A DNA stretch of 64,000 nucleotides. Source: the human T2T-CHM13v2.0 reference genome, Homo sapiens. The stretch lies in NCBI RefSeq assembly GCF_009914755.1, contig NC_060933.1. One strand, written 5' to 3'. The notes below the pieces were generated by a model, which worked only from the letters and a program-made list of their open reading frames with translations, was not told the DNA's origin and did no database searches. Position numbers and translations under genes: made by a program. Shown here piece after piece: positions 25,981-41,169 of the stretch (position 1 is its first letter; each line of letters begins with the position of its first letter).

Positions 25981-27569
25981 TTAATTTAGACAGTCTTCAA
26001 GACGATAAAACTCATTTTATAGTGCTAGAAGAATGCTGACAAAATAACATGACGAAGGCAACGAAAGAAAGGCAAAATTAAGAATGATGTCTGTCATAAG
26101 TGTAGAGGCAAAAACAAAACATTAGCAATTGGAATTTAATGACACAGAAAAAAATGTAATACATTATGGCCAAGTGTGGTTTATTGCAGTAATGTCAAAA
26201 TGTTTTAGCACTAAAAAAAATCAATACAATTCACCACAATAAAGAAAAAATGGAGGAAATGATGATTACCTAGGTAGATGTAGAAAAGCACTTAAAATTT
26301 AACACAAGATTTTTTTCCTAATTCTATTAAACAAGGAACAGAAGAAAATTTACTAGATGTGATGAAGAGAATCTAAAAGTAACTTACAGTAACATCATAT
26401 TTAATGATGAATTTTTCAACACTTTACAGGAGCAAAAAAAGAAAGAAAAAGGATGTCTTTATCATAGTTTCTGATTAACTTTACACTTGAAGTCCTAACC
26501 AGGGCAAAACGTTAAGAAAATGAGCATTAGATGGAAGAGAATAACACACATTTTTACAAATTGCAAGTTTATTTTTTAAAATCCAAAAGACACCTCAAAC
26601 CAATAGAACTAAGTATTGTCTTTGGCAAGGTTGTTGGGGATTGAACTTGTGATCAATATGTGAAATCAATGATAATTCCTATGGATAAGCAATAACCAAA
26701 AACTGAAATTTTGAAAAAATATTAATTAAATCAATGCAAATAAATTGATCCAACAACAGACACAGAAGACCTCACCTGCAAAAAATCTAAAATAAATCTA
26801 AAATTGACGAGCTGATTCAAAAACATATATGGAAAATAAAAGACTAAGAATAGCAAAGCGATGTTGAAAAAGAATATGGCTAAACATTTACCCAAATATG
26901 AAGGCTTGTTATAATGTGAGCGCAAGACAGACAGTGTACTCTTACTGAAAGGAGAGAAAAATAGATCAATAGAATACAATACAACAATGGGAAACACTCA
27001 TACAAGAGACAGAAGAGGTAGTATAGAAACATTCACACATATGTGTTGCTCTTATTTCTATCAAGCATGTTGCTATAGTGCAGTAAGGAAAAGGTGACCT
27101 TTTGAACAAATTGTTCTGGGTCAGTTGGCTATCTGTATGCTAGTTATTAAATCAATCCTTACATTAAACCTAGCTATCAATTCCGGATGGATTGTGAAAG
27201 ATATAATGACATAAATTTTAGAAAAAAGTACTATATTTTCACAATCTTGCACAAGCTAAGATTTCTCAATCAAGACACATAGAGCATTAATTATAAAAGG
27301 AAAATGATAAATTAGACTAAATCAAAATTTTGAAGTTTTATTTACTGACACCATTAAAAGAGGCAAAATCATGCCACAAAGTAAGATTATTTATAAGACG
27401 TAAACTGACAAAGACTAATATATAAAAATATATAAGTCAGCTAGGAAAATGGCAGAAATGTGGAAAAGCCTTTACAAAAGAGTATACATGAATGGTAATA
27501 AGCATATGGAACAGTGCTAAATATCATTATTCGTAAGAGAAAGTTAAAATAAAACCACAAGCAAACTTT

Positions 27570-28885
27570 ACATATTTATGGCTAATTAATTTACAACAAG
27601 GGTGCCAAGACAATTCAATAGGTAAAGAATAGTCTTTTCAATAAACGGTGCTGTAACAACTAGATATTTATATGCAAAAGTATAAAATTGGAATCCTACC
27701 AAATACTATATAAAGAAATCAATTCAAAACGGATCAAAGACCTAAAAGTACAACAAAACTCTTAAGACAAAAACACATACAAATCTTCATGACCTTTGAT
27801 TAGACACAGTTTTTAAGATACCAACTGCCCAAGTAATCATACTAAAATTTGATAAATTAGACTCCATCAAAATTAAAAACATTTGTGCAGCAAAGGACAC
27901 CATCAAGAAAGTTAAAAGACAACCCAGAGAATAGGAGAAAATATTTGCAAATCATACATCTGATAAAGGTTTAGGATTCAGAATATATACAAAACAATTG
28001 TGATTCAACAATAACAGGACAAATAACCCACTTATTAAATGGGTAAAGGATTTGAACAGACATTTCTCCAAAGAAGATATACAAATGGGAAATAAACACA
28101 TGAAAAAATACTCAACATCACCAGCCATTAGGAAAATGCAAATCAAAACCACAATGAGATACCACTTCATACCCACTATGATAACTATAACAACAAAAAA
28201 GCATCAGTGGGGACAGATTTGAGAGACTGGAATGCTCCTACATTGATGGGAAGAATGTAAAATACCATAGCCACTTTGGAAACAGTCCGGCAGTTCCTCG
28301 AAAAATTCAATATCAACTACATGACTCAGTAATTCCATTCTTTGCTATACAGCTAAGACAGCTGAAAACAAACATCCACACAAGAACTTATACATGAATG
28401 TTCACAGCAACATTATTCATAATAACCAAAAATGGAAACAAACCAAATGTCTATTAATGGATGAATGGATAAATAACATATGATTTAACCATGTAATGAA
28501 ATATTATTCATCCATAAAAAGGAATGAAATACTGATTAATGATAGATACAACAGGGAAGAACCTGGAAAACATTATGCTAAGTGAAAGAAGCGAAACACA
28601 AAAGGCCACAAATTGTATGATTCCACTTATACAAAATGCCTAACATAGGCAAGTTCATAAAGACAGAAAGTTCTTTATTATTTTCTAAGTTCTGGGAGTA
28701 AAGGGAAATGGGGAGTAACTGCTAATGGGTACAAGTTTCTTTTTGGAGTGATGAAAATGTTCTGGAATTAGATCATGATAATGGCTGCACAATACTGTGA
28801 GTATACTAAAAAAAAAACCCTGAATAACTCATTTTAAAGGCTTAATTTCATGATATTTAAATTATATCTCACTTTTTAAAATAGA
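27570..28885 (+). mobile_element. L1MB-type 3' fragment nested in the older L1
   Basis: ORF2 end plus L1MB-like 3'UTR (CTGCTAATGGGTACAAGTTTCTTTTTGGAGTGATGAAAATGTTCTGGAATTAGAT). Confidence 0.85.
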
Positions 28886-29375
28886 AAATAAGATCACCAT
28901 CATGCTGTCATATGACCATCATCAGAATGAATGAAATTAAAAAGACAACAAATTGTTGCTACAATTTTGGACCAACAGAACTTCTCACACACTTTTGGTG
29001 GGCATGTAAATTGAAGAAATCGCATTGAAAACTCTTTTCTATTTCCACTAAAGCTGAAAATATGCAAAACCTATGATTTTGCAGTTATCTCCTTGGCGTA
29101 TACACTATAGAAATATGTATGTATGTTCACATAATTCATATAATGTATGTTACAAGTATGTTTACATCAGTGCTACTTGTAAAATCCCCAAACTATAAAC
29201 AACCCAAATGTCCACCTATAGTAGAATGGATTAAAACTACTGTGGCAGTGTTCATACAATGAAGTGCTATGCAACAGTGAGGATGAACAAATTATTGCTA
29301 CATGCAACAACATGGATGAATCTCACAAACGTAATGCTGAGTAAGATAAGTCATACCCAAAAGAATACAAACTAT

Positions 29376-29670
29376 GGCCGAGCACGGTGGCTTACGCCTG
29401 TAATCCAAGCACTTTGGGAAGCTGAGGCAGGCAGACCATGAGGTCAGGGGTTCAAGACCAGCCTGACCAACATAGTGAAACCTCCTATCTATCCTAAAAA
29501 TACAGAAATTAACCAGGTGTGCTGGCACACACCTGTAGTCCCAGCTACTCAGGAAGCTGAGGCAGGAGAATCGCTTGAACCCAGGAGGCGGAGGTGGCAG
29601 TGAGCCAAGATCGCGCCACTGCACTGGAGACTTGAGCCTGGGTGACAGAGACAGACTCCGTCTCAAAAAA
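29376..29670 (+). mobile_element. AluS (Sg-like)
   Basis: Full dimer with the 2-bp left-arm deletion and S-type diagnostics. Confidence 0.9.
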
Positions 29671-29757
29671 ATATATATATATATATATATGTGTATATAT
29701 ATATATATATATGTGTATATATATATATGTGTATATATATATATGTGTATATATATA

Positions 29758-29818
<61 letters not shown>

Positions 29819-29827
29819 GCATATATG
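29671..29827. repeat. compound (TA)/(TG)/(CA) microsatellite in the Alu tail
   Basis: Read directly. Confidence 0.97.
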
Positions 29828-30522
29828 ATCCCATTAATATAAACTTCAGAAACAAAAGACTTCTCTAAAGCATTAGAAGCCAGGATACTTTTGGGGCAAA
29901 TGGCAGTGGAAAAAGCACAGCATAAGAGACCTTCTGAGGCTCTGGTAATGTTCTATTTTGATCTGGGTGCTGGTTACAAGAGTGGGTTCACTTTATGAAA
30001 ATTTTTGAGTTATATATGAAAATCATTGAGCCATCTGAAGGTGTATTATACTTCAATTTACAAAGTTTATGCTAAAAGTAAAGAGTCAAGAGAGAAAAAT
30101 CATCATAATGTATAAATACTTAATGTATGTTAAAACTAGCATTTCAAATCACTTGATAAAATTTTTAGAGTGCAAAAAACAATAATACAGCTTTATGTGG
30201 AAATCCATTAATGACTTCTCTCCAAATTCAAGAACAATTGATGATTAGCTTCAAATATTCATAAGAATATTTTCCATATTTTTCCTATGTCCTGTTTGAC
30301 TCTTTCATTGCTATGGTCAATACATTCCATATCAATGGCCTTCTCCAGATACAAACTTTGCAAGCCTCCAAACAGAAAATGAGAATTAGAAATTTTTCTT
30401 AGTGAATCTATGATGGTTCCTGAGAATTACCACAGTCTTTTCTAGATTTTCTCAATAGTTTAAAATATCTAGGAAAACTGAGATCAAGTTTTACTTACCT
30501 ATAGTCTTAAGAATCTATATTA

Positions 30523-31466
30523 GTACTCATCTGACAAAGGGCTAATATCCAGAATCTACAATGAACTCAAACAAATTTACAAGAAAAAAACAAACAACCC
30601 CATCAAAAAGTGGGCGAAGGACACAAACAGACACTTCTCAAAAGAAGACATTTATGCAGCCAAAAGACACATGAAAAAATGCTCATCATCACTGGCCATC
30701 AGGGAAATGCAAATCAAAACCACAATGAGATACCATCTCACACCAGTTAGAATGGCAGTCATTAAAAAGTCAGGAAACAACAGGTGCTGGAGAGGATGTG
30801 GAGAAATAGGAACACTTTTACACTGTTGGTGGCACTGTAAACTAGTTCAACCATTGTGGAAGTCAGTGTGGCGATTCCTCAGGGATCTAGAACTGGAAAT
30901 ACCATTTGACCCAGCCATCCCATTACTGGGTATATACCCAAAGGACTATAAATCATGCTGCTCTAAAGACACATGCACACGTCTGTTTATTGCGGCATTA
31001 TTCACAATAGCAAAGACTTGGAACCAAGCCAAATGTCCAACAATGATAGACTGGATTAAGAAAATGTGGCACATATACACCATGGAATACTATGCAGCCA
31101 TAAAAAAGGATGAGTTCATGTCCTTTGTAGGGACATGGATGAAGCTGGAAACCATCATTCTCAGCAAACTATCGCAAGGACAAAAAACCAAACACCGCAA
31201 GTTCTCACTCACAGGTGGGAATTGAACAATGAGAACACATGGACACAGGAAGGGGAACAACACACTCTGGGGACTGTTGTGGGGTGGGGGGATGGGGGAG
31301 GGATAGCATTAGGAGAGATACCTAATGCTAAATGATGAGTTAATGGGTACAGCACACCAGCATGACACATGTATACATATGTAACTAACCTGCACATTGT
31401 GCACATGTACCCTAAAACTTAAAGTATAATAATAATAAAATAAAAAAAAAATTTTAAATTAACAAA
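30523..31466 (+). mobile_element. 5'-truncated young L1PA (about PA3-4)
   Basis: Open ORF2 C-terminus 30671-31225 ([16 protein letters not shown]); GCTAAATGATGAGTTAATGGG 3'UTR; TSD AAGAATCTATRTTA (30509-30522 and 31467-31480). Confidence 0.95.
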
Positions 31467-31530
31467 AAGAATCTATGTTATACTGTTTAAAAAATTGGAA
31501 AAGGGTTAATTGATCTCCAGTTTCAGGAGA

Positions 31531-31967
31531 TGTCTTAGTCCATTTTCTGTTGCTTATAACAGAATATCTGAAACTGGGTAATTTACTTAAAAAAGAATTT
31601 TTTCTTATAGGTATGGAGGCTGTGAAGTCTAAGATCAGGGTACTGCCTCTGGTGAGTGTCTTCTTGCTATTGAAGACTCTCTGCTGAGTCCCAAGGTGAC
31701 AAAGGGCATCACATAGTTAGAGGGCTGAGTGTGCTAGTTCAGGTCTCCCTTCTTCTTATAAAGTCATCAGTTCCTCTCTCATGATAACCCAGTAATCCAT
31801 TAACCCATTAATTAATGATGTATTAATTCCTGAATGGATTAATCCATTTGTGAGGGCAAAACCCTCATGGCCCAATCACCTCTCAAAGGCCTCATTCTCA
31901 ATACTGCTACATTGGAGATTAAATTGCAACATAAGTTTTGGAGAAGACAAACATTCAAACCATATCA
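31531..31967 (-). mobile_element. MST-family solo LTR (MSTB/C-like)
   Basis: TGTCTTAGTCCATTT...CATTCAAACCATATCA; 5-bp TSD GGAGA/GGGGA. Confidence 0.85.
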
Positions 31968-32594
31968 GGGGATATTCCCATGATTTCTCAAATAGTTCAG
32001 CATTATTCCATGTCAATGTATATATTTGCAAAAGAATTTAAAATTTCATTTAATCCCAGTTTTTATTATCAACTACTTCTGATCATTGATGCTTACAATA
32101 AAATAAATAATTTTGATATTTGTAATATTACAAACTGTGTATCTCCTTACGGGGAGAAAAAAATTCGTTTTATTAGCTACTAAATCTTTTACGTTTGTTA
32201 AGAGTCCACAAGATTTTTCGAGGCTGAATTCAATTCCAATTCCCTACCTTCACATTAAAGTCTACATAAACTGCTCCATATGAATAGTTATTTAATATTT
32301 TATTACAGCTTTTAATTTTACTATCCCCTCAGTAACTTATTTCCCTGCTTACAAACCTTATGGTCAAGAAATTCTTCCCAACAGCAAATATAAATTTTCC
32401 ATTCTGGTTTCCTAGCATTAAAAGACTTATTAAATTTTCCTTACCTCCACCCTGACCCATTCTTCTCTAACAAAACCACAATCTTTTACATTCTCCCTTC
32501 CATTTCTAATGCCATCTTTTGTCATGCATTAGCTAGTACCATATAAGCTGCTGCAATAAAAGAACATAGAGTATTTGCTAAAATAATCAATTAG

Positions 32595-32810
32595 GATCAG
32601 AAAGCTGGGTTCAGACTAACCTTTACTGCAACTGTAATCATAATTAAATTTCATAACCTCTATCAGCCTCACTTTCCTGATCTGAAAAATAGAAATAACA
32701 ACAGTATCCACTTCATAAATTTATTGTGAAGATTATATGATATGGAATATGAAGTAAGCCAATGCCTTCTTACACTAAGAGCTCAATAAATAGTGTTGTT
32801 ATAATTGTTA
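32595..32810 (+). mobile_element. MIR
   Basis: GCCTCACTTTCCTGATCTGAAAAATAGAAATAAC...GAGCTCAATAAATAGTG. Confidence 0.7.
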
Positions 32811-32929
32811 TCGTAGTAGTAGTTTCTGCTTACAAATAAATGAAACAGCTAGGTTAACCCAAAAAATGGGAGAATAGGGCAGAGAATATGCATGATGCTT
32901 GGTGGAAGAACTCAAGAAATAATCCTTTG

Positions 32930-32997
32930 TAGTTACAATAATAAATAATGCTTAGCAGACTGCTTATAGTTATAATAATAAATAATGCTTAGCAGAC
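32930..32997. repeat. tandem duplication, period 37
   Basis: TAGTTAYAATAATAAATAATGCTTAGCAGAC twice. Confidence 0.92.
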
Positions 32998-33254
32998 ACA
33001 CAGCAGTTAGGGTCACTGAGGGGCCACAGCAGCTGGGGCTCCGCACTGTTCAGCATAAAGGGCACACAACCCCAAAGCTGCTCTAACTCTCCACTCCAAA
33101 TTTCAAATTCCTAGGAGAGAATGCCGAATTACTCCAACTAGATTCAGGATATGTATTACTCTTGGGTCAATAAGCAAAGAACAGAAGGCCACAGGTATCA
33201 CCAATAGAGATACACTCCTGTGTATGAAACCAACATCAAGAAAGAGGGTATTGG

Positions 33255-33527
33255 ATCAACATTTTTAGATTTCACATAAGAGTGAGATCATGCAGTATTT
33301 TCTCTTTCTTTCCCTGAAATAGCTATTAAGTGTTCTCTCCACAAAAATGATAATTATGTGAGGTGATGCATATGTTAATATTGCGTAGGTTTAGCCATTC
33401 CACTATGTATGTATGTATGTATGTATGTATGTGTGTATGTATGTATGTAAATCATGTTGTACATGATAAACACATACAATTTTATCTGTCAATTCACAAA
33501 ATAATGTTTTTGAAAAGAAAAAAACAA
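33255..33527 (+). mobile_element. short 5'-inverted L1MA 3' end
   Basis: About 33255-33316 is antisense L1 3'UTR and about 33317-33527 is sense 3'UTR plus A-tail; TSD AAGAAAGWGGGTATTGG (33238-33254 and 33528-33544). Confidence 0.85.
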
Positions 33528-34448
33528 AAGAAAGTGGGTATTGGGCGGCCATACCCCTTGGTGTTGTTTTCTATCACTGATAGCGCTACTATAGCAGCAG
33601 CTACTACTGCTCCTGTAATTTCTCCTACTGCTGTTACTGCTACACCTCCTTTTATTATTATTAGCAAGCCACTTTAGTCCTTCATCTAGAATTGATGAGA
33701 AGACAGTAAACAAAATAAAAATCCTTGCCCTGCAAATCACAGAGGTTTGGAAATTGTGACTGCTGCCCACTATGATACCACAAGGAAAGAAAAAAGTCAC
33801 GTTGAAAGATATTTATTTAGAGGAATTTTAACTTCATCAATTTAAAGATATAATCCTATTCCCAGACATATAATAAGAATAACTTCCAGAATCCCTCAGC
33901 AAACTTGAAACAAGAAAATATAACAATAACAGCTTTCAAATACTTTTACTATGCCCTGTAATTTGTACATTATTTTTTACTTTACCAAACACACTCTAAA
34001 AAATATTAAATTTACACATCATTTCTGCCTCAACTTGGCAAAGTATTGCAAAGTACATATTTATAAAGCAAGATTCAATTAAAATAGATTTAAATTATCT
34101 AATTTTGACTAAATTCCTTATTTAAATAATTATTGATTTAGCCAAGTAAACTGCCATGGATACTGTATTTTGTTAGTTATTACCAAACATATTCAGGCTT
34201 TCAAAAGTAAACAACACACCTTATAATTAGGCAATATGAAATTAATATGAATGGTCTAGCATTATCGTTACTATTTCCCCTAATTGAAAGGCAGCTAGCT
34301 AGTATACTAAGGAAAAAGGAATGAAGTTTTTAAAAGTATTGGAAAAAGAAGGAGTCTATGACTGAATAGAATTATTTTTATGGATTAATCTAATTTGCTA
34401 AGCACAGTAGCAAAATAAAGAGCAGGTGAATAAGAAATGCACAATCCA

Positions 34449-34999
34449 TGCAATGTTTTGAATGTTTTTGTCCTCTCTAAAACTCATGTGTTGGAAACTT
34501 AAGCCCCAATGCAACAGTGAGGTGAGGCCTAATGGGAGGTGGGCAGGTCAGGAGGGTTCTGTCCTTATGAAAGGATTCATGAACCTATTTTCTACTGCAG
34601 AAGCGGCTTCCAGGAGTGGGTTCTCTCTCTCTCTCTCTCTTGCTCTTCTGTCATGTGAGGACACAAAGTTCCTCCCCTTGGGAGGATGCAGTATTCAAGG
34701 CACCAGCTTGGAAGCAGAGACAAGGTCCTAAATTGTGCAACAAAAATAACAAAGATTTTCTTTACATCTAATTAGACATAAAGGCTAGAACAATGTTCTT
34801 GTGAAAGGATGCTTTTAAGATGCTTTTTTGGAATTGAAATAGTAACAACATTTGTTTTTTTGTGATAAACACATACCAAACCTGATGGTGACTTGATCTT
34901 GAAGTTCTCAGCCTCCAGAACCAAAAGAAATACATTTCTATTCTTTATAAATTACCCAGCCTATGGTATTTTGTTATAGAAGCACCAAATGGACTAGAA
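34449..34999 (+). mobile_element. MST-family solo LTR (MSTC/D-like) carrying a 144-bp insertion
   Basis: TGCAATGTTTTGAATGTTTTTGTCCTC...TAAATTACCCAGCCTATGGTATTTTGTTATAG. Confidence 0.85.
34728..34871 (+). repeat. short local duplication B, inserted copy
   Basis: Copy of 36228-36371 with about 5 differences; interrupts the MST LTR. Confidence 0.96.
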
Positions 35000-35019
35000 A
35001 AACTGAGTGTGTGTTAGAG

Positions 35020-35245
35020 TAATAGGAAAAAGCATTGACTTTGCAGCCAAATAACCCTGAGCACAATCCTAACTCTGCCACTTATTTGTCAATTCAAGAA
35101 CCAGTTTCAAAATTTATTTGATCCCCAGTTTCTTCACCTGGGAATAGGCACGTTAGAATCTAACTTAATTATTTCTCTGAGAAGACAATATACAGAAATA
35201 AAAAATAAGGGTCTAGCATGGAGCACAGCACACAATAAATCATTA
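35020..35245 (+). mobile_element. MIR
   Basis: AATCCTAACTCTGCCACTTA...CCCCAGTTTCTTCACCTG. Confidence 0.6.
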
Positions 35246-36227
35246 GTTCACTTATTTCTTAAATTACCCTTACAGATGCACAAAATTTAAGTTCCATTCA
35301 AATATTACTTAAATTTTTTCTTCAAATAGATCAAGCTTAGCATCCATTTGATTCCAATAAAAGGAATGCCAATTACATAAAGATAAAGACTTAACAACAC
35401 AGATTAGTCAAGGGTTTTATTCAAGGCTGAATGGAAGCCTTCGGTCAAGTCAGAAAAAAAGCCTAGGTCTCTTGACTTTTAGCTATGTGCTAAAATGTAC
35501 TCTGCCTTACCTCTAGGTGACATCTGTTCCAGAGTTTTTGGATGCTTGCCATATAGTAGCCATACTACCCACACTTGAATATCAGAGCAGCAACAAATAC
35601 AACTAGGTAGAAAGTCAAAGATATTCACCACGTTTGGAAAAGAATATGTTGCTTGTGTCAAAAACTAAATTAAAACGGTAAGCAAAGAGAACAAACAGCA
35701 CACTGAGAAAAGGAATCTCAATAGGGGATTTTTATCTTGGTGGGGTGAGGAGGGTGGTGGAGGTGGAGATTGCACACATGAAAAAGAAAAAAAAATCCAC
35801 TGGTGTAATTTACCTTGCAAATACAGTATAAGTCAATCACCTCTCCATTCTGATGTCTTTACTTACTATCCCCATCCCATCCAGACTCAACAGAATAGTT
35901 TAGTTACAACTAAAGAAGCCAATAGATTCATGGCATGTTCTAGTAGAAAACATACAAAATGAGAAATGGAGAGAAACCTAGGCTGTTTTCCCAAAAATAT
36001 TTATGGAAACCACACTACAATGTTCCTGAAGAAACAAAAAGAAGAAGAAAAGGAAGATTACTGTGAGGTGAAAGGAATCAGGACAAAGATGAAAGAAAAA
36101 TAAGCATAGAAAAGAAAGGCCTTTCACAGGATTTGTACTGCACATGTGCACTTATTTTATTCAGAAGAATGTTGCTACAGAACCCAGCAGGGGTAAACTA
36201 TTATTTATCTCTGGTTATTAGCCAAGT

Positions 36228-36371
36228 CTAAATTGTGTAACAAAAATAACAAAAGATTTTCTTTACATCTAATTAGACATAAAGGCTAGAACAATGTTCT
36301 TGTGAAAGGATGCTTTTAAGATGCTTTTTTGGAATTGAAATAGTAACAACATTTGTTTTGTGTGGTAAACA
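36228..36371 (+). repeat. short local duplication B, donor copy
   Basis: Lies in apparently unique sequence, 1500 bp downstream of the inserted copy. Confidence 0.96.
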
Positions 36372-37299
36372 GAAGCCTTTTGGCAGTGCAGTTGCTTTCA
36401 TTTTGAAACTGCCAAGAATTATTTGCTTATCTGTGGAATTTCAACTACTTTCCCTGCCTGTGAGTCATATTGATGCTGATCTAGAATAAACAGGACTGCA
36501 CAGAACACTGGGTCTTACTGTGGTCTTTGGGCAATTTCCTCCCACCCTTGCCCAACACACAGGGGCAGGCATTCACAGTACGCCACTAGGAGAGGGTAAA
36601 AGAAGTGGAAAAGAGAGAAGATAATGCAAAGGGAGAGAAAGAAGAGACACACAAAAGCATGATAAAAAAAGAAAATTCAACAAGGGAGGGAAGGACATGA
36701 GAGAAAAGGAAGAGAAATGTCAGAGAGGATGACAGAAGTCCTAGAGACATAAAGAAGCAGAAAAGAAAAGTGTCAAAAAACCAAAATAATAAAAAGAAAA
36801 AAGAAGGTGGAAAAGGGAGAAATGTGAGAGGGTTAGGTAGATAGAGCAAGAATTCAGAAAGTACAGGGAATAACAGTGAAAAAGTGGGAAGAAGCTTGGA
36901 AAGACTTCATGGAGCAGGAATAGCCTAATATAATTTGGAAGGGACTGCAGAGTTGTCTAAATAATAATGCTATTTGACAGTTTGATATGTATTTATAGCT
37001 GATTCCAGCTTTCTCTGAATATTATATAGGATTATCCAGATTTTCTGGGGTTTATCACCACAGGCATGTAGGATTAACAGCCTGATGAAGTGAACAATTA
37101 TTTTTCAATCTGATCCTTAGGCTTGTAGAGCACTTTTCCCAAGTTCCCTGAACATAGTACATAAAATGCAATAACCAATGGAAAACTGTGTGCATGTGTG
37201 TACATGTGATGAGTGTGTACACATTTATCTATCAACATCTAAAATTCTTCGATCTGGGCTTAAAATCTACAAAAGTACTAGGTTCAGAAAAATGCCTTA

Positions 37300-38050
37300 A
37301 AGTAGCAAGTGTTATTGTTCACCTATGATGTGTCAGACAAAGGGAATTAAGTGGGAAAAAAAATAGGAGACAGAGTCCCTGTCTCATAGTGCTCAGAGTC
37401 CAGAATGTAGGGTATGTGGTAAGTGGTATGTCAGAGATAGTGCAGAGCTACAGGAAGCATGTAACCAGAGACCCAGCTTAGTACAAGTGGGAATATCTGT
37501 TTGAAAACTTAAAAATGATTGAAAACTAACCAGGTAAAAATGGAAAGGGGTTAGGGATGTTGCAAGGAAACAGGAGGATGTTCAAGGCAGAACAGAGCAA
37601 AGGAATGATCTCTTTGCTTTACAGTACGTCTTTTTCTATGTCTGTGATCACAAAATATAATGACAGTGTTGAGACAGAATGTTGTGCTGGAAGGAGAGAC
37701 ACATCATGAAAAGACTTGCAGATCTGCTATGGATCTAGGGTTTTATAATCAGGGCAATTCAAACATTGTCTGGGAGAGGGCAGGCTTGAGAAAGGAAAAA
37801 GAAAAAAAAAGAAAGAAAAGTTGTTCAGTAAGGGATTACCAATACAACATTTTATCTTCTAAATACTACTCTTTGAAAAGTAGATGAGAAGTGGAAAAGA
37901 CTGGTGTCAAGAAATCCAGTTAAGGAGCTCTTATAATAACACATACAGTAGAAGAACCAAGGTAGTGGCAGTGAGGTGAGAGCGAGGAATTTGGATTCCT
38001 GAAATACTAATTTGCAGAATCAATGGGATTTGGTGATTGCTACATTTGGA
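37300..38050 (-). mobile_element. L2 fragment
   Basis: GACAGAGTCCCTGTCTCATAGTGCTCAGAGTC; GAATCAATGGGATTTGGTGATTG. Confidence 0.55.
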
Positions 38051-38490
38051 GAAGTAAGGAATCAAAAAGTGAATAGCAAGTCAAGAAGTTATAGGAATTT
38101 CAAATTCTTTGACATCAAGAAACATGAATTCTTAGCAACAGTTTTGGTTGATTGAACTGTACTGTGTACTCCTGTGTCTTCTGAGTTTCTCTTTATGTAG
38201 ATATACGTTCATTAAACAAATTCAACAAAGACTTATTGAACGAATAGTTAAACTCATGAGTGATTGCAAGGGAATGAATAAATGAATAAATACAGGCACA
38301 AATGAAAGAACAAATGAATGAGAGGAAAATCAAGGAAACAAAGAGTCAATGAACATATGAAAGATTTCCTCATCAGCAAGGATGGTAAATCATATACTCA
38401 AAATAGAGCCTCCTAGTTTTAGGAAATCTAGAACTCAAGATGCTAAATGGGGTGCAAAAATAAAATGCACAACAAAAACAGCCTAATGAA

Positions 38491-41095
<2,605 letters not shown>

Positions 41096-41169
41096 TAATA
41101 ACAACAAAGCAAACACCATATACCGTCTTTAAAAAAAAATAAATGCAGAGGATTTTTGAAACTTTAAAT

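Larger units (their letters stand above)
28890..30065 (+). mobile_element. L1ME-type 3' end, interrupted by an Alu and a microsatellite
   Basis: CATGCAACAACATGGATGAATCTCACAAAC; CTGGTAATGTTCTATTTTGATCTGGGTGCTGGTTAC. Confidence 0.8.

Noticed and set aside
29298-29868. 185-aa ORF and neighbours
   Set aside because: Alu plus microsatellite translation.
30671-31225. 184-aa open frame
   Set aside because: L1 ORF2 C-terminus in a 5'-truncated, promoterless copy; open only because it is young.
36590-36850. Purine-rich tract with an F/S/L-rich minus-strand ORF
   Set aside because: Low-complexity GA sequence with no clear mirror symmetry or coding signal.
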